Of a stretch of 64,000 nucleotides of DNA, positions 1-18,190 are shown piece after piece (the first letter of the stretch is position 1; each line of letters starts with the position of its first letter). The translations under genes were made by a program, and so were the position numbers. The notes under the pieces were generated by a model. It saw only the letters and a list, made by a program, of their open reading frames with translations, searched no databases and was not told where the DNA came from. The stretch is from Euglena gracilis (taxonomy: Eukaryota): assembly GCA_039621445.1 (NCBI GenBank), contig CP154954.1, forward strand, positions 21,278,954 to 21,342,953, in the 5' to 3' direction.

Positions 1-499
1 CTAAACTCAATTTTTCAGGATAAAATCTGAAAATGTTGTTTATTTTGACGTTTCAGGGGCTAAGAAATGGTTTTTCACTGCTTCAATTGCCAATGCCCAC
101 ATTCGAGCCTGTAGGTTTGCCCTTTGGTTGAACTTAAATTCTACAGAATACCTCGCATTTAAGGATTTCCAAACTGCAGTAGTGCCACAACCCTCTAAAT
201 CTCTAAACGGCAAGTGCGCTAAGTTGCACAAGCGGGTGTTGTTTGGAGATGAGCAAACCCACCAGACAGACTGTTTTTCGCATATGCACATGCCAAACCA
301 CTTGTGCATTTTTTTCAAACACACCAATTGCAGCTGGCACACCTGGCCCTTTTCACAGCTGCGCAAATGGTTGGTGCGCATTTGCGCACACCGTCCATTT
401 GTGCATTTGCCCACACCAACCACCAATTCTCACAAAGCCGAATCTCAGTGTATTGCTTCAGGCTTAGGCACAACTCACCAAATCGTTCAGTCAATATCC

Positions 500-739
500 T
501 AAACCCGCCCCCCCCTAATAGAAGCGCGGGGCCGCTACAAGCGCAGGGTCCAAATAAAAGCGCACCCCCCGCCGTCGAAGAGGGCGGTCCACTACAAGCG
601 CACCCCCCATTTTGATGAGATTTTTAAAGGAAATCAACAAAAATCGGGCAGGAAGGGTCCAAATAGAAGCACACCCCCCGCCACCAGAGGCGGCAGTCCG
701 CTATAAGCGCACCCGTGCTTCTATTAGGGGGGGGGTTTA
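500..739. mobile_element. MITE-like element with ~30-bp imperfect TIR
   Basis: TAAACCCGCCCCCCCCTAATAGAAGCGCGGG ... CCCGTGCTTCTATTAGGGGGGGGGTTTA, with an internal repeated AAGCGCACCCC motif. No clear TSD. Confidence 0.65.
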
Positions 740-2829
740 ATTTAATAAGACAGCCATTGTTGGGTTCAAAACACATCGACAAAGAAAAAAACTTAAGTGC
801 GAGATGCGCCGCCTAAGAATCACAAGTCCCGGAATTCATTCTTCTTCCAACCAGGCTTCTTTTTACAACCCCAGGTCAATGCAGCTCGGGGGACTCGGGG
901 GACCCTCCAGGAGGGGTGGGTTCGCCAAAAAAGACTCGTTGGGAAACCTAGCAGCAGTGTAGAACGCTCGCTGACTGCTGAGTTCCTCAGTCAGAACCAG
1001 CAATGGAGGCCACTGAGATAAGATTAAACGAACTGATTAAATTGACACAAAGGGCAAAAGAAAGTTTTTAAAAAATATCAATTGCATTCTTTCTCAACAG
1101 CCTCTAGCTCTACCTGCGGCAACAGGGGACAGGGAAAACCCGGGAAACCCCAGTCCCTGGGCTAGTTGTTGTCATAATTGTTATCATTGGAAACGTTCCA
1201 AATTCAAAAGTGCATTTTGAACGATGCCAATGCTCTGTGTCTGGAACGAATAGACAAGCATGCAAAAAAAATTCCTGTCGGAGAAATGGATTTCTGAACG
1301 AAAAATGGAGGGTCACCAGGGGGAGAGAACGGAAATGGGAAATGTTAATGATCAAAAATGGGTGGAGCGAGAGCTCCTCTGGACCAACTTGAGCAAGTCG
1401 TTGTGTCGGTCAATTTTCTTCTGTTGTTCATCTAATTATTCTGTTGCAGTAGACTTGCCCCAATGGTCGTAGGGGAGGCCCTCCACCAATTCAGCACAAG
1501 GCCTTGAGCAAAGGCCTGTCCCTACACAGTTGGACATCATCGGCCTCGCTGTTTCTCAGCATTCAATGGACCCGCTTACCATTCCTGTTAATATCCCTGT
1601 CCCTTCAGTGTTGCAGGCAGCTGTCTAGTTTGATGATCCTCCCCCGGGCAAAATGCCCCCCCCCCTTTGGTATTCTGCTTGTTTTTTTTCCCGAGCTGAA
1701 TGCACATGGGCTCCACATACAAAGCATATCCTTTTTGGATCCTTGCAATTTTATGCGAGTGTGTGAAGTGTGGGTGTGTGCATGCACGAGCATGTGTGTG
1801 TGTCGTGCGGGCGCACGCGTGCGAGTGCTGTACCAATGCCGTCCGTAGAGGGTGTGCACTCGTGCGTTGCATTTTGTGGGTGGGTGGTCAGTCCAGATTA
1901 GGCTTCTGGGGGGGACAAGTGTCCACTCAGACCTGACCAAGAATGCCGCATTTCAGTTGAGGAAGGGGGAGGCGCCAGATCGGGCGAGTGCAGGATGTGG
2001 AAGCGCATTGATTTTTTTCGAACTTCGGCAAAATTCCCTTCTTTGTTTATGTCAATCTCCTCGGTCTGCTCGTATTTGTGCATTATCTGGGCAGGGAGGT
2101 TGACTTCACTAAGATCACCCTCTCCCACTCACATCCAATTTACCCCCCACCCCCGTCCAACCATGTACAACCTTGTACCCGTGGGTAACACCTCTCTCTC
2201 CGGCCGACCACACAGCATAGGACCATTCAACCCCCCTGACAAAAAAAAATGAATTATGCCTGGCATAATGTCTGGCCCAGAGCCCCACAATTTTTCCCAA
2301 CGTGGCCGATCGTCACGAAGAGTGCAAATTTCGACAAGTTTCATCAAGGACAACATCACAGGCCACTTGAGATCTGTCTGTCTGGGATAGTGACCAAGCA
2401 CCTCTGATGATGCTGGGCGATGCTGGGCGATGCTGGGTTTTTGGAGACCAGAGGTGAGGTTCCGATGTTGGGCGATGCAATTTTGAAGAATTAAACCCAT
2501 TTTTGGGATAATCTTCCAACAAATCTCCAGTTTCACACCCATCTTGTTGATTTTGGATGAATTTTTGCTAATTTTGGGAGCTATTTGTCACTGATTTGGC
2601 AAATATTGGGCTAATTTGGGTCAATATGAGTACATTTAATGGCATTTTTTGGCCATTTTGTGTCATTTTGGTGATTTTGGGTCATTTTTCACAATCGTTT
2701 ATGGACATTGTTGGCATTTTGGGCAGTTTTAGGTTATTTCAAGCCATTTTAGGTCATTTTGGTTGCTTTTTGGGGCTTTTTGTGGTCGTTTTGGGGTTTT
2801 TTTGTAGTTATTTGCATCATGTAGACAAT

Positions 2830-2960
2830 TGCAGATGCTGGACAAGATGCAGATACTGGACAAGGTGCAGATGCTGGACAAGATGCAGGTGGTCGAGATG
2901 CACACACTGATATTGGACGAGATGCAATGGATGCAGATACTGGACAAGATGCAGATGTTG
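2830..2960. repeat. 18-bp minisatellite (GATGCAGATGCTGGACAA)
   Basis: Tandem units; a second array lies at 47415-47660. Confidence 0.8.
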
Positions 2961-5900
2961 GATTGACCAAATGAAATAAGGGATCAAGGGAGATGCTTGT
3001 GGCCAATGATATAAAATTGGCTTTGGCTGACCAATGGTCTTAAAGGGGCCAAAGCAGTCAATCGGCAGTCAAATCGGAAGCATATCTGGCAGTCCCCAGG
3101 CCAAAGGCGGCCAAAGGTGGGTTAAATCGGGCAAAGTAGCCAAAAGTGGCCAAAAGCGACCAAAAATTGTACAAGTGGGTAAATGACCAAATGTGGATAA
3201 AAGTGGATGAAGTGTATGCAGATGCTGTATTGGATGCCGAGCTGAAGGGCATGGGTGACCAGAGGTGCTTGATAGTGACCAACGATTCCTTTTCCTGATC
3301 AAATGCTATTTATTACCCCCTCCCCCGCCTGGTTGACCAAAGCAAAGCAGATCATGCTAACCTCAGGAAACTGATCAGTGGGGGGGGGTTGAGGTAATTT
3401 TCAGCCAAAGATTTGTTGGTGAAAAGGCACATTCAGGCATTAGGCAGCCGAATTCGGGCGATTTTTACGTTAACCGTGGTTTTGATTTTGAAAACTAGTC
3501 AACCGGAGTGGGTGATTGGTTTTTTCAGAGTGACTGGCTGGTTTTTGGCCCGCCCGCCCCCCCCCCCCCCGGGGGGTCGGCAAAAAACTACTAAAGTGAC
3601 CCGGCACCGAAGGCGCCGGGGAAAAAATTGGCCTTTTTTTCATGTTTTTGGCCAAGTTTCTTTTGGATTCCAGAGTGGCCGACCCCCCCTCCTCCCGGGG
3701 AGATAGTGACGGACTGGTTTCCGAAAAAAAGTGACTGACTGGTTTTTCGAAGAGTGGAGTGACCCCCCCCCCCGGGGTCGGGGTTGGGGTTATATGCCCT
3801 GAGCTTATGAGAGCCCCTCTGATGTGTTATGGTGCGTCGGGGGGGGGGCATTCTCTGCACAGCCAATGTGTGGGCTTGGGGAGGACAGGTGGACGGAAGC
3901 CCGCTGGAGATCACGTTGTCTTGAATTGGGTAAGCATTTGGGCATTGGCGCAACGGCCACGCTGATTTAGAATTTTAATAATTGTATTTCTATTGCGCCG
4001 TGGCGCAGTATAACTCTTAAATTTCCATTCTACACAATCGTGCCCATTGCACAGTGGAGCAACGGTTGCCAATTTATAATTTTTTATTTTTGTCATTGTG
4101 GGCGGAGAGAGCAGTCCTCTGAAAGCATCTCATTACCAGAGCGGGCAGAGCTAAGGTGGAGGGAAGCTTTTCCTGGGACAAAAAGCCAACCCCCTGTTGT
4201 GTGAATGCAACCGCCATTATCTTCACATCTCGACGGGTCTTGTTTTATGTGTTTGTGAGCCTGAATGCCAGTGCCGCAGGTTCCTCTCACTTGCTTCGCA
4301 GTTTAGCATGCCTGAAGGGCCCTTCTTTGTGGTCAACTTTTGAAAGTAGGAAAATCTCTGTTTGAAAAAGAACAGGCACCAGATGAAACCTTGGAATCAC
4401 AGCCGAGGAAACAGTTTTGGGCACCCAAAAGTGTTTTAAAGAACTTCGCCCCCCCCCTTTTTCTCACCCAGGGTTTGAAGCACACAATTTTGGGTGGAAT
4501 TGAGAAATCGAAAGGGTCCATCAACAACACGGAGAAAGGCAGGCTGACACACCTTTTTTCCGTAATTTGCAACCCACCAGACGGCCACATCACCAAAAAG
4601 TGAGTCCCTGATCCTCTCCCCTCCCTCCAGGGGTGGGGCCTACCCGTGCGTGGATGGGTGACCCCCCTCCCCCCCCCCTGGTTATTAAAAAAAATCCCCA
4701 ACCCAACACCCACCCGACGCAGGTCGCCTTGTGGTGCTGTCCCCTGCCAGGCCGTATTTTTGTCGGGTGCCGACCCCACCCGGGGGGGGCGGGGGGCTGC
4801 CTGGGCAGGCACTCCAAGGCACTCCCAATCCGCCCCGGGGGGGGGGGGTAGGGCATACAGCCAAAAGTGCCTTAGCACAGACCCGGCGCCGGGGAGCCAA
4901 AAAATGGCCTATTATCAAAGGAATGTGCCTGGGCACAGGCCAAAATCCGACCCCCCTGGGGGGGGGGGGTAGTGCCTGCCTGGGCAGGCACTCATAGGCA
5001 CTCCGGACCCCCCGCCTCCCCCCCCGGGGTTGGTAAAAAAAAACAGCCTGTCCCCTGCTCTTCGTCAACAGGCCTTGATGTGTGCTTCAACATTGTCTAT
5101 GATCGTTGTTTTGATGTTGGTTTCGCACATCCGTGAAGGCACAAGTGGACCGACAGCTCTGTCGCAGGTCATCCTAACCAGGTACCTGTTAATGTTCGAG
5201 GTGCATTTATGGGCATTTTTTTCGCCATATTCATCATCTTTTCTCATTGCACTTTTCCCCTCCGTTTCCTTTCATTTATCATGTTTACAATTGTTGTTGT
5301 CATAAATATATTTTGTTATGGTTGCAATCATTGTTCTTCTCAGGAGATGAAAAAACTGTATTTTTTTCACAACCATGAAGAAGTTTTGTTTATTATTATC
5401 ATTTTTGCAGAGCTTTTCAGCTGAACCAGGGAGATTTTTTTTTATCTCACAAGTGCTCAAATTCCTCTTTGCTCCACCCATCATTGATGAGCTTTCCCAT
5501 TTTCCATTTTCTCCCCTGGTGACCCATCATTCGTTTTGAAGTCCACATCTCCAACACAACCAAATTTTTTTCTGCTTCATTTTCAATTCGCACCAGACAC
5601 CGAGCACAGGAATCGTCCAAAATTGACTCATTCATTTGGCCCCATTCAAAATGAATGAATGGTTCCAAACAACTCCACCCAGAACTTTCTTCCCCTCCCC
5701 CGGAAAATTGTCCTCCCCGGAAAATTGTCCTCTGCCCTCTGTACCCGCTGACCTGTCTTTAGGGGCACCAGTCTCCCCCTCTGTCCCCGCTGATTTGTCT
5801 GGAGACAGTTTCCCGGGGGGGGGGGGTGAGTACCAACTCCCGTATCCACCCAAGGGGTTTCCGAAGCTGGAGGGGTCCCAACCCCCTTGGGGACCGAGCC

Positions 5901-6507
5901 AGGCACCTTTTTATCCCAGCCATCAGCTTCCGGCAAGGCTGCAGATCCCCCCCCCGGTGTGTCCGCCGAAATAAAAGATTGTGTGGTGGAGACCACACAA
6001 TTCAAAAAGGGGGTATCATGACCAAAATATTTTCGAGACGTTTGACTTCAAAGTTTCAGATGAAATACTCCGATGCAGGGGTTGCTGGTTTTGGGAAACC
6101 AGTTGGGTCCAGCCAGCCAGTCAGCTCCTGTATTCCAGCCGGCGTCCTTGGCGCCGCGAAGGAATCCCGAAGAAATCCCCTGACTCAATTGCGTGCAAAA
6201 GCACCTTCTGGGTTGCGAGCGAAGGTCCAGTGTGCCATTGTTGCAAAACAGACACCACCCGCTGTGCCTCGACGAAGACAGCACAATACGAATGATGTAG
6301 CAATGCCCTCAGGTCACACCCTTGTACCCCCATTTCCCCAGGGGGGGGCACAGAAGTCCTCCTCAGAGTCGGTATAATAATTGTACTGTTAAAAATAATG
6401 ATCTTGTTGTCTTTGTTGCTGCCAGAAATTGAAGGTGGCTATTGTCCCCGGCCAAAAACAGTACTCTTTCGGACGACCACTGGCCAGTGCCGGGCAGCGG
6501 CCGACAG

Positions 6508-10604
<4,097 letters not shown>

Positions 10605-10919
10605 TTTAGATTGACACACCATTGCGAGCGACACATAGTTGTAGTTGTGCTGATGTGCCATTCACAAGAGCACACTTCAAACACTTGCGTGCTGTGCAAG
10701 GCTCAACCACAGTTGCTCTTAATACACAACCAACCTCTTTTCAGTCCCTCGTACAATGCCAGAAGCGGTGCCCAAGAAAGGAAGCTCGATCGTTTGGAGG
10801 AAGAATGAGTGCTGAATTGATGCCCGAGGGGATGCCAAGTGGTTTTTTTTGTTCTGCACAGTTTGAGCTGTCTTTCTTTTGTTTTGTTTTTTGTTTTGTT
10901 GGGGGAATGGGGCTGACAG

Positions 10920-10980
10920 CTGACGTCGCGGCAACATACGAGGAGTACTCCCCGATCTTCTTGCGTCGCGTGAAGAAGCG
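10920..10980 (+). CDS. Candidate isolated exon (DVAATYEEYSPIFLRRVKKR), possibly a 5' exon of the TMEM230-like gene
   Basis: GC3-rich codons after a CAG and before GTCGGG. The phase could not be joined cleanly to the downstream exons. Confidence 0.3.
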
Positions 10981-13425
10981 GTCGGGGCTCCTCCTCCCTG
11001 GATGCTGGACGGGTGCTCGTGTCGTTGCTTTCAGGGACTAAAGGTTCCAGCGGCAAAGAAGTGGAGACCACCTTCCCATTCACCAAACCTGGCCAGACTC
11101 AGGTTGTGCGATCCTTTCAGCACAGCCCAAACGTTTGGTTCAGTGGATTTGTACCATTTTCATGATCACATCTGGATATGTGGTGCTCATCGTAGTCTTT
11201 GACCTCGCAGGCCAGCATTTTCCACATCAATTCTGTACGAATCTGTGTTACCGCCGAATTCTACGCTTGTCTTGCCCTTTTTGAATGGCGGCTTGCCATA
11301 CCTTTGCGACAGAGCGGCCCTGCCACTGACGGTCCAGCCAGAACCAGGTTGTGGCTTTGTATGCTGTCCCCTGTCGCTCTTGGGAAACTGTGGAACAATC
11401 AGCCCCTTCGGTTGAACCTGACAGTGGGAAAGCGGGTTTGGTTGTGTGAAACAGATCTCTTGCGGGGGCAGTCACTGACACAGCCTGACTGCGAAGCTGC
11501 CGTCTCCTCTTCATCCCCGGCTGCCTTGCCTGGGGACCCAGGCCCATCGACGCCAACCCGTTGAGCCCATCACTTTGCACGCACTCGCATCGTGTTTCTC
11601 ATATGTTTCCATCTTTCGCAATGCGATAGACCGTGGGCTGTCGCTTGTTGCATTGCAAGATTCTTTTTTGTGATTTTATAGCCATCCTTCCTTGGAAGAC
11701 CGAAAAAGTGGATTTGCTCAGGTTTCAGTGGGATTTCGCATGAGATGCCAACACGACAAAAACGTGGTCGGGGGAGGGGTAGATGAAAAGTTTTGCCTTT
11801 GAGATATTCTGTCTTCCAAAGGTTCAGTCCGCAAGCCTGTATTGTGAATTAAAACAGAGAGCTCATTTTTCGTTCTGCCTAGAATTGTGTTCCGCTTCTT
11901 TTAAACAGTCCACCAACCAAGGTTCTTTGGACAGAAATTTCTTTAAATTCACTTTTCAATTCTGCTCCCCAATACAAAAGGAATCCTCCTCTTCACCGCT
12001 GACAGTTCGAACATTTCCCTCACTTGTACGTTGCCCATGCGTTCACCAGTGCCTGGTCCCCTCGGCAGAATCAACCTGCACACTGACCATGTCCGTCGTC
12101 TCCCTTCACAACGCTCTCTCCTTGACTGCCTCCATGCAAGATGTTCCCTTAGATCCGATGATCTAAAGATTTCATGGAATCCCATGCAAGCCCCTCCTGA
12201 CCATCAAACACTAGCTTTACAATGTAGACAATGCTGTTTACATTTCGAAAGAATGTTTGGAACCGTCTCTCAAGTTGGGGATGGTGCTTCCCGACCCTCC
12301 TCGGGGGAATGGCCGGGCCCACGTGCCCCCAAAAGTGTGTACCTCCAAACACGTCACAGAAAAGATACCCCGACCAACCTGAGGGAATTCCTGTCGCACC
12401 GGCTCACTCACCCCTGTGTGAATGGCTCTGTGTGAGTTATGCAATTCCTTCTTTGCTCCCGTTTGCAGCACACATCTCTGTTTGCCATTGCATTCAGTCA
12501 ATATCTCCTTCTGGTGCTGCGCGCGATTTTTTTTGGAGTCTTCGACGGAATTTTCCCCCAAATGTGCCAATCACATTCCGTTGTCGTTGGCCACTGGGCG
12601 GTGATGGTCTGCCCATCCACGTGAGGGAGACGACACAAAACCACAAAACAATCTTCCCCCTCTCGAATTTAGGGCTTTTGCACTGCAACAACCGAACAGC
12701 AGCGCTTTTGGAGCAGTCGAGGGCACTCTTTTAACTTCTGTGTGTCCCCGCTCCCCGGATGGGTTCCACAGTGGGTGGACCGCGGGTGGAGTGCCAAGGC
12801 AGGGATAAATGGGAAGCCTTTTGGTTGTGACGTAGGTGGTGGGGGGTCCCGACCCCCCCTCCCCTTAGATGTTGGGAGGATGGATGTCCGGACCCCCACC
12901 CTCCCTCCTCAGCAGGTTTCAAATATAGCGAAAATTATCCTTCCGCCGCTGCATGCCAGGAAATGAGCAAAAAAAATGCTTTTTTTTCACTTTTGAGCAC
13001 ATTGCCCATTTTTTGCCGTTTGGGTGTTTTTCACATAAAAAAAATGTTCAAAAAATGAACATTTTTTTTCGATTTATTTGAATATATTATATTCAAAGAA
13101 AAATCAAGGTTTTTTGACCAATTTTGGCCTGGTATGGCCCTTTGCCGGTCCACAAACCGAAAATTTCCGGGCCCATGTCAGTTTCGAGGGAGGAGGGGGG
13201 GTCCGGCCCACCCCCCCCCTCTCGAGGCTTCCGATCTATCCTTGGCCCAAGGTCAATCCGGCTGGCTGGAAGTCGAGTGGGTGTTGAATCCCAACCCTGG
13301 GTGGGGTCTCAGGTGGATGTAGGTGGATGGATGGGTTTTCAAAGAAGAAGAAGAAAGTGGATGCGCACTCGGCATAGGCACTGGAACCCAAGTTGCAGGA
13401 AGCCTCGAAAAGGGCCTCATTCTGG

Positions 13426-16400
13426 CTTAGGCGGCGCTAATTGCCCAATTTTTTTTCCAATTTCCGTGCGTTTGAGGTGCGTGGGTTTCCGCTTACGATA
13501 CCCCACCGTTTTGTGCTCAAAATTTTAAGAGGGTGACACCAGCACAAAAATTTGGTTGGTTTTGGATCCATTTTAGGCATTTTGACAAAGTGGCGATTTT
13601 GAAAATTTATGGTCGTTTTAGGGGGGGGGTTGGAAAACACCCCCCCTGGAACGCCCTGAATTTTGAAAAACAGAAAACGGTGGGTGAACGCCTGGCCTCC
13701 GGAGCCCCGGTTGTTTGGCGATGCTACCGGACCCCCCTCTGGAGGGGGGGTGACACGGTGTGGCAGGTGAAGAAGAGGCCACCGCCTAAGCAACCCGCCC
13801 ATTTTTGAACCTCTCGTGAGTCCCGAGGTCCAGTGATGGGGGAGGTGAACAGACAACAGTGCCCAAAAGATGCTATAATTTCTGGAAGGGATGTTTTATG
13901 CGGTAAACCGCCCAAAACTTGTTTTTGTGATGAAGAGATGCTGCTCTAACGGAGGGGACCGGACTGCGAATAACGTTAAAAATGAGGTTAGGCGGTTTAC
14001 CGCGTAAAGCAGTGATGATTCTATAACGAGGTGTGCGCTGTGTGTGCTTGCCCCGGGCGTCCTGATTGGTTTACAAGCTCCCCTGCATTACCCTCCTCCT
14101 GGGCTGTGCACCACGATGTATCATTTGGCAGCGCAAAGATGACAGTTGGAGCAGGAAAGCATGGGAGGGAGGGTGGCGTGGTTGCCTGTGCTGCTATCCA
14201 GAACAAGAGGGTTGGGAAAGGCTTCAATACCATTCTGACCATCACAAGTTCAAGAACTTTGAGAAGCTTGGGGACAAGGTGAACTGAAGTGGGATGCGGT
14301 TTGAGTGCGTGTTGTCCTTAATTTGTCAGCGCACAAGTTCCTGTTGATGACACAACTGGGCCACTCAAAACTGAACATTTTTTCCCACCTGTCAACCCCC
14401 GGTGAGAGATACTAAAAATTTTTGTTTGAGGCGGTGTGGAAACAGAACACAACTTTTTTTTGCAAGTTTTGTAGGACCGTTTGTAGGCGGATCTCGGTGT
14501 CCCAATGGGTTGTGTCTGTGATTTTTTGGTGTCCCGAAGTGTCCCAGTGTCGGTGGTGGTGCGCGGCGACATAATTTTTAAAAGTTGGGCGGGACAGGTT
14601 GAAAGGGAATTGTGGCTGCTGCACCTTGGCAGCAAGCACCCAAGCAGGCGGAAACCTGCCTGGCATTTGAGCAGGAGGTGGACACCCTCCTCTCCAGTGA
14701 GGAGGCGGTAACGTTCCCCCTGGCCGGTGGTGGGGTCGTCTGCAGGTACAGCAGTAGAACACATGTGTCAGTTGCCCGGCCGGCTGTGCTGCAGTAGAGG
14801 TGATGTTTTTCACTGTCCTGAAAAACAGCAAAAAACCTGAGTTTGATTTCTCAGGAGGGAAGGAAGCACCTCCCAGGGCCCTCCATTTGGAACCCAACGT
14901 TGTTGGTGGTCCAAAATCAGGGTTTGGGGATGGCTGACGAAGAAGTGATTCAAGATATGGACGGAGAAACGCCTGTTTCAGCGGCTGGTGGCGGCAATCG
15001 AAAAAAATTGGGGGGGTTTCGGAAGGGGTTCTCCAAGTTCTGAAAAATTCAAGGCCTTTTTAATTATTTTTTTGAAAGAGTTTTACAGCATTTTTCCTTT
15101 GATAAGCTGCAGTTTTTGCTGAAATTGAGACAAAATGCCCAAAACAGCTCTTTTTCATGGCTCTCCTTCCTTTAGGTCCGGCAACGTGCCTCCAGAGGAG
15201 GCAACAGTGGTCTCCACAGTCAGAAGCCGCGTGGAAGGGGGGTAAACCAGAAGGTTGTCTGTTCTCAACCAACGCCGGGTCGATGTTTGACCCAATGCAG
15301 TTGGCATCCATGTAACCACCCTGAGCACAAGTGTTTCCGGTCCTTTTCAAAACCACCCCTGCTCTGAGTGCCCAAGTTTAAAGTCGCAGGTCTCCTCTCG
15401 TTTGGTCAACCCCCTCTTGTGCAATCTCCTCTCCCTGGTTTCCATAAACCTCGATCCCTCAAACCCTACACAACACGCCAGACACTATTCAGTTGCAAAA
15501 TTTCCAAGCTTGGCAACTAAATCTGTCGTCTATGTCCTTCGCAGAGGTTCACGCCTGTGACTGGTGTCGCAAGTAGTCATGACAAACCAGCAGAGTTCAT
15601 TTCTAGGGTGGTTTCCATCTTCCACCACCATCCCATCGTCCACAAATGCTTTTCTTTTTCTGCCCGCCCTTAACGCAGCCAGGAGGTTTCCCGCCTGACT
15701 TTTCTGTCCTCACAGCTGGTATGCCCCCCTCCATCTCTCATTATTGGTTGTGTCTGTGCAAACCCCGTTTCCATCTGAACTCATAAAATCAGACCAAGCC
15801 TCACTGCGCAAAGGCTGACACTTCATCTGTTGGCCTCCTGAGCAGGTACTCTGTGTTTTCGTTTAAGCGGATAACCGCCTACGTCGTCTCTTGGTCCCCA
15901 CCCAACCCCATGCCAACTCCTCAATGGCGTTTTTAAATTAACGTGGGGATGGTCAGGCGGTTAACCACCTAAACAAACCGTTGGTGGGGGAAAGAGTTTG
16001 TGGGTTTTGGCTCATACCGGATGCTGCGAGTGCAGAGTTTCATAAATCAGTTAATTCCTCTTTTTTTTTGTTATTGGGCCGTTTCAGACAGGAACCTTTT
16101 CTTCTATCCAAGTGCGTTGCTGAAGGCAGAATACCGTCGGGTGGCACCTGCCCACATCGTCAGGGAGTTCCCCAGCTACCATTGGCCACGGTGTCACTGC
16201 CCCCCGTTCCAGAGACCCCAGCAAGCAATGGCACCTGGCCTATGCCAGTCTGGACACAGGGGGGGTGAGGGCAACACCACCAGGACACCACCATTGTTTC
16301 TTCTTTACTCCCAGACGGATTTCCGCCTACACCAAGTTGCCTTAGACTCACCACATATACAATATACACACACAGCAGGCGGATTCCCTCCTACCAATCA

Positions 16401-16881
16401 TCAACTGCTTGGCTTACGGTGGGCGGTAATCCCCATGCCATGCTTTGTTTTCAGTTGTAGGCGGTAATCCGCACACAAGTTTATTCTACGCGGATATCTG
16501 CCTAAACATTTAACTCCGTCGTCTGACACCTCTTGTTTCGTTTTACGCGGTTATCCGTGTACGCTTGCAATATTCATTCGTTTCTCAAATACGGTTATTA
16601 TCATAAACCATGAAGACACAGCCCCGTGTCACACCCATTCAAAGTCAGTGTTTTCCCAACCATTTCAAACATTTCTAGTACACCCCCAACTCACACAATT
16701 CACACACAATCGTAAATCGTTTAAGCGGAATACCGCGCAAAACCACTTTCGGAAAATTTTGGCCCAAAGCTGCAACGCACCCCTCTCAGCCCAGAATTTT
16801 GTGCCCTTTCAGGGGGGTTTTAAAACAGCCAAAAAACGTCAAAAAACGCAAAAATCGGTTGGGCAATTAGCACCGCCTAAG
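13426..16881. mobile_element. 3.46-kb TIR element (CTTAGGCGG family) with 5-bp TSD
   Basis: tctgg|CTTAGGCGGCGCTAATTGCCCAA ... TTGGGCAATTAGCACCGCCTAAG|tctgg. No intact ORF inside. Confidence 0.85.
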
Positions 16882-17728
16882 TCTGGGGGGGGTTAACCCC
16901 CCCATTTATAGCCAGGTTTTGAATAGTGCTGAGCTCTTGATAAGCGCGCACCCCCCCCCCTTCATTGACCCCCCCATATAAACCGGCCCACTCCATGGAG
17001 CTCTTTTGACTGAAATGCAAGGGTTTTGTGCCCGAAATGGGGCGACGGGGGGTCGAAAAACGCTCATTTTTGGCTCAAAAAACACCTTTTCCGGGTCCGG
17101 GAGGCCAAAGAACAACGTTTCGGGCAAAAGAAGTTTTTCGATTTTTTCGACTTTTTTGACCCGAAAATGACCCTAAGTCCATTGGTTTCGGGCCCAAAAC
17201 GGGGGGCTGGCGGGTCAAAAAAAGAACGCTCATTTTCGGCTCAGAAACAGTTTCTCCGGGCCCGGGTGGCCAAAAAAACATCGTTTCAGGCCAACAATTT
17301 TTTTCCCGATTTTTTTCGACTTTTTTGACCCGGTTTTGACCCAAAGTCAATGGGTTGGCGGCCCAAAACGGGGCGCCGGCGGGTCGAAAACCGCTCATTT
17401 TCGGCTCAAACCAAGTTTTTCCGGGTCCGGGAGGCCCAAAAACATCGTTTCGGGCAAAAAATTTTCGATTTTTTTGACTTTTTTGGCCGAAAACGGCTAA
17501 GTCGGACAGTGGAAAAAGTGTACAAAATGGCCTAAAATGGCCGAAAAACGGCCGTATCTCAGGCTGGGCAGGGAGTTGCGGGGAAATCAAAATACCAGTA
17601 GATGGGGCGTTCCAAGGGCTTCAATTTAGGTGTCCGGACATTTCCTTTGATTTTGCATCATTTTCGAGAAAATTTGAAAACATTGATTTTTTTGCCCCAA
17701 AATGGCAGGGTCCAAAGGGGGGGGGGCT

Positions 17729-18190
17729 CATGGTCATGATGGCCATCATGGGTCATGATGTGCATCAAGGGGGATGATGGCCGTCATGGGTCAGGATGGG
17801 CATCATGATGGCCATCATGGGTCATGATGGGCATCATGGGTCATGATGGCCATCATGGGTCAGGATGGGCATCATGGGTCAGGATGGCCATCATGACCCA
17901 TAATGCCCATCATGACCCATGATGGCCATCATGACCCATGATGCCCATCATGGGTCATGATGGGCATCACGGGTCATGATGGGCATCACGGGTATCACGG
18001 GTCATAATGGGCATCACGGGTCATGATGGGCATCACGGGTCATGATGGGCATCACGGGTCATGATGTCCATCACGGGTCATGATGCGCATCATGGGTCAT
18101 GATGCGCATCAGGGGTCATGATGCGCATCACGGGTCATGATCCGCATCATGGGTCATGATGGGCATAATGGGTCATGATGACCAAGATGG
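17729..18190. repeat. ~19-bp minisatellite (GGGCATCA[C/T]GGGTCATGAT) with an internal inverted block
   Basis: Tandem units are visible directly. ~17890-17950 reads in the opposite orientation (CATCATGACCCAT). Confidence 0.9.

Noticed and set aside
17729-18190. CRISPR-like array
   Set aside because: The units are contiguous tandem repeats with no unique spacers and no cas genes, in a eukaryotic context.
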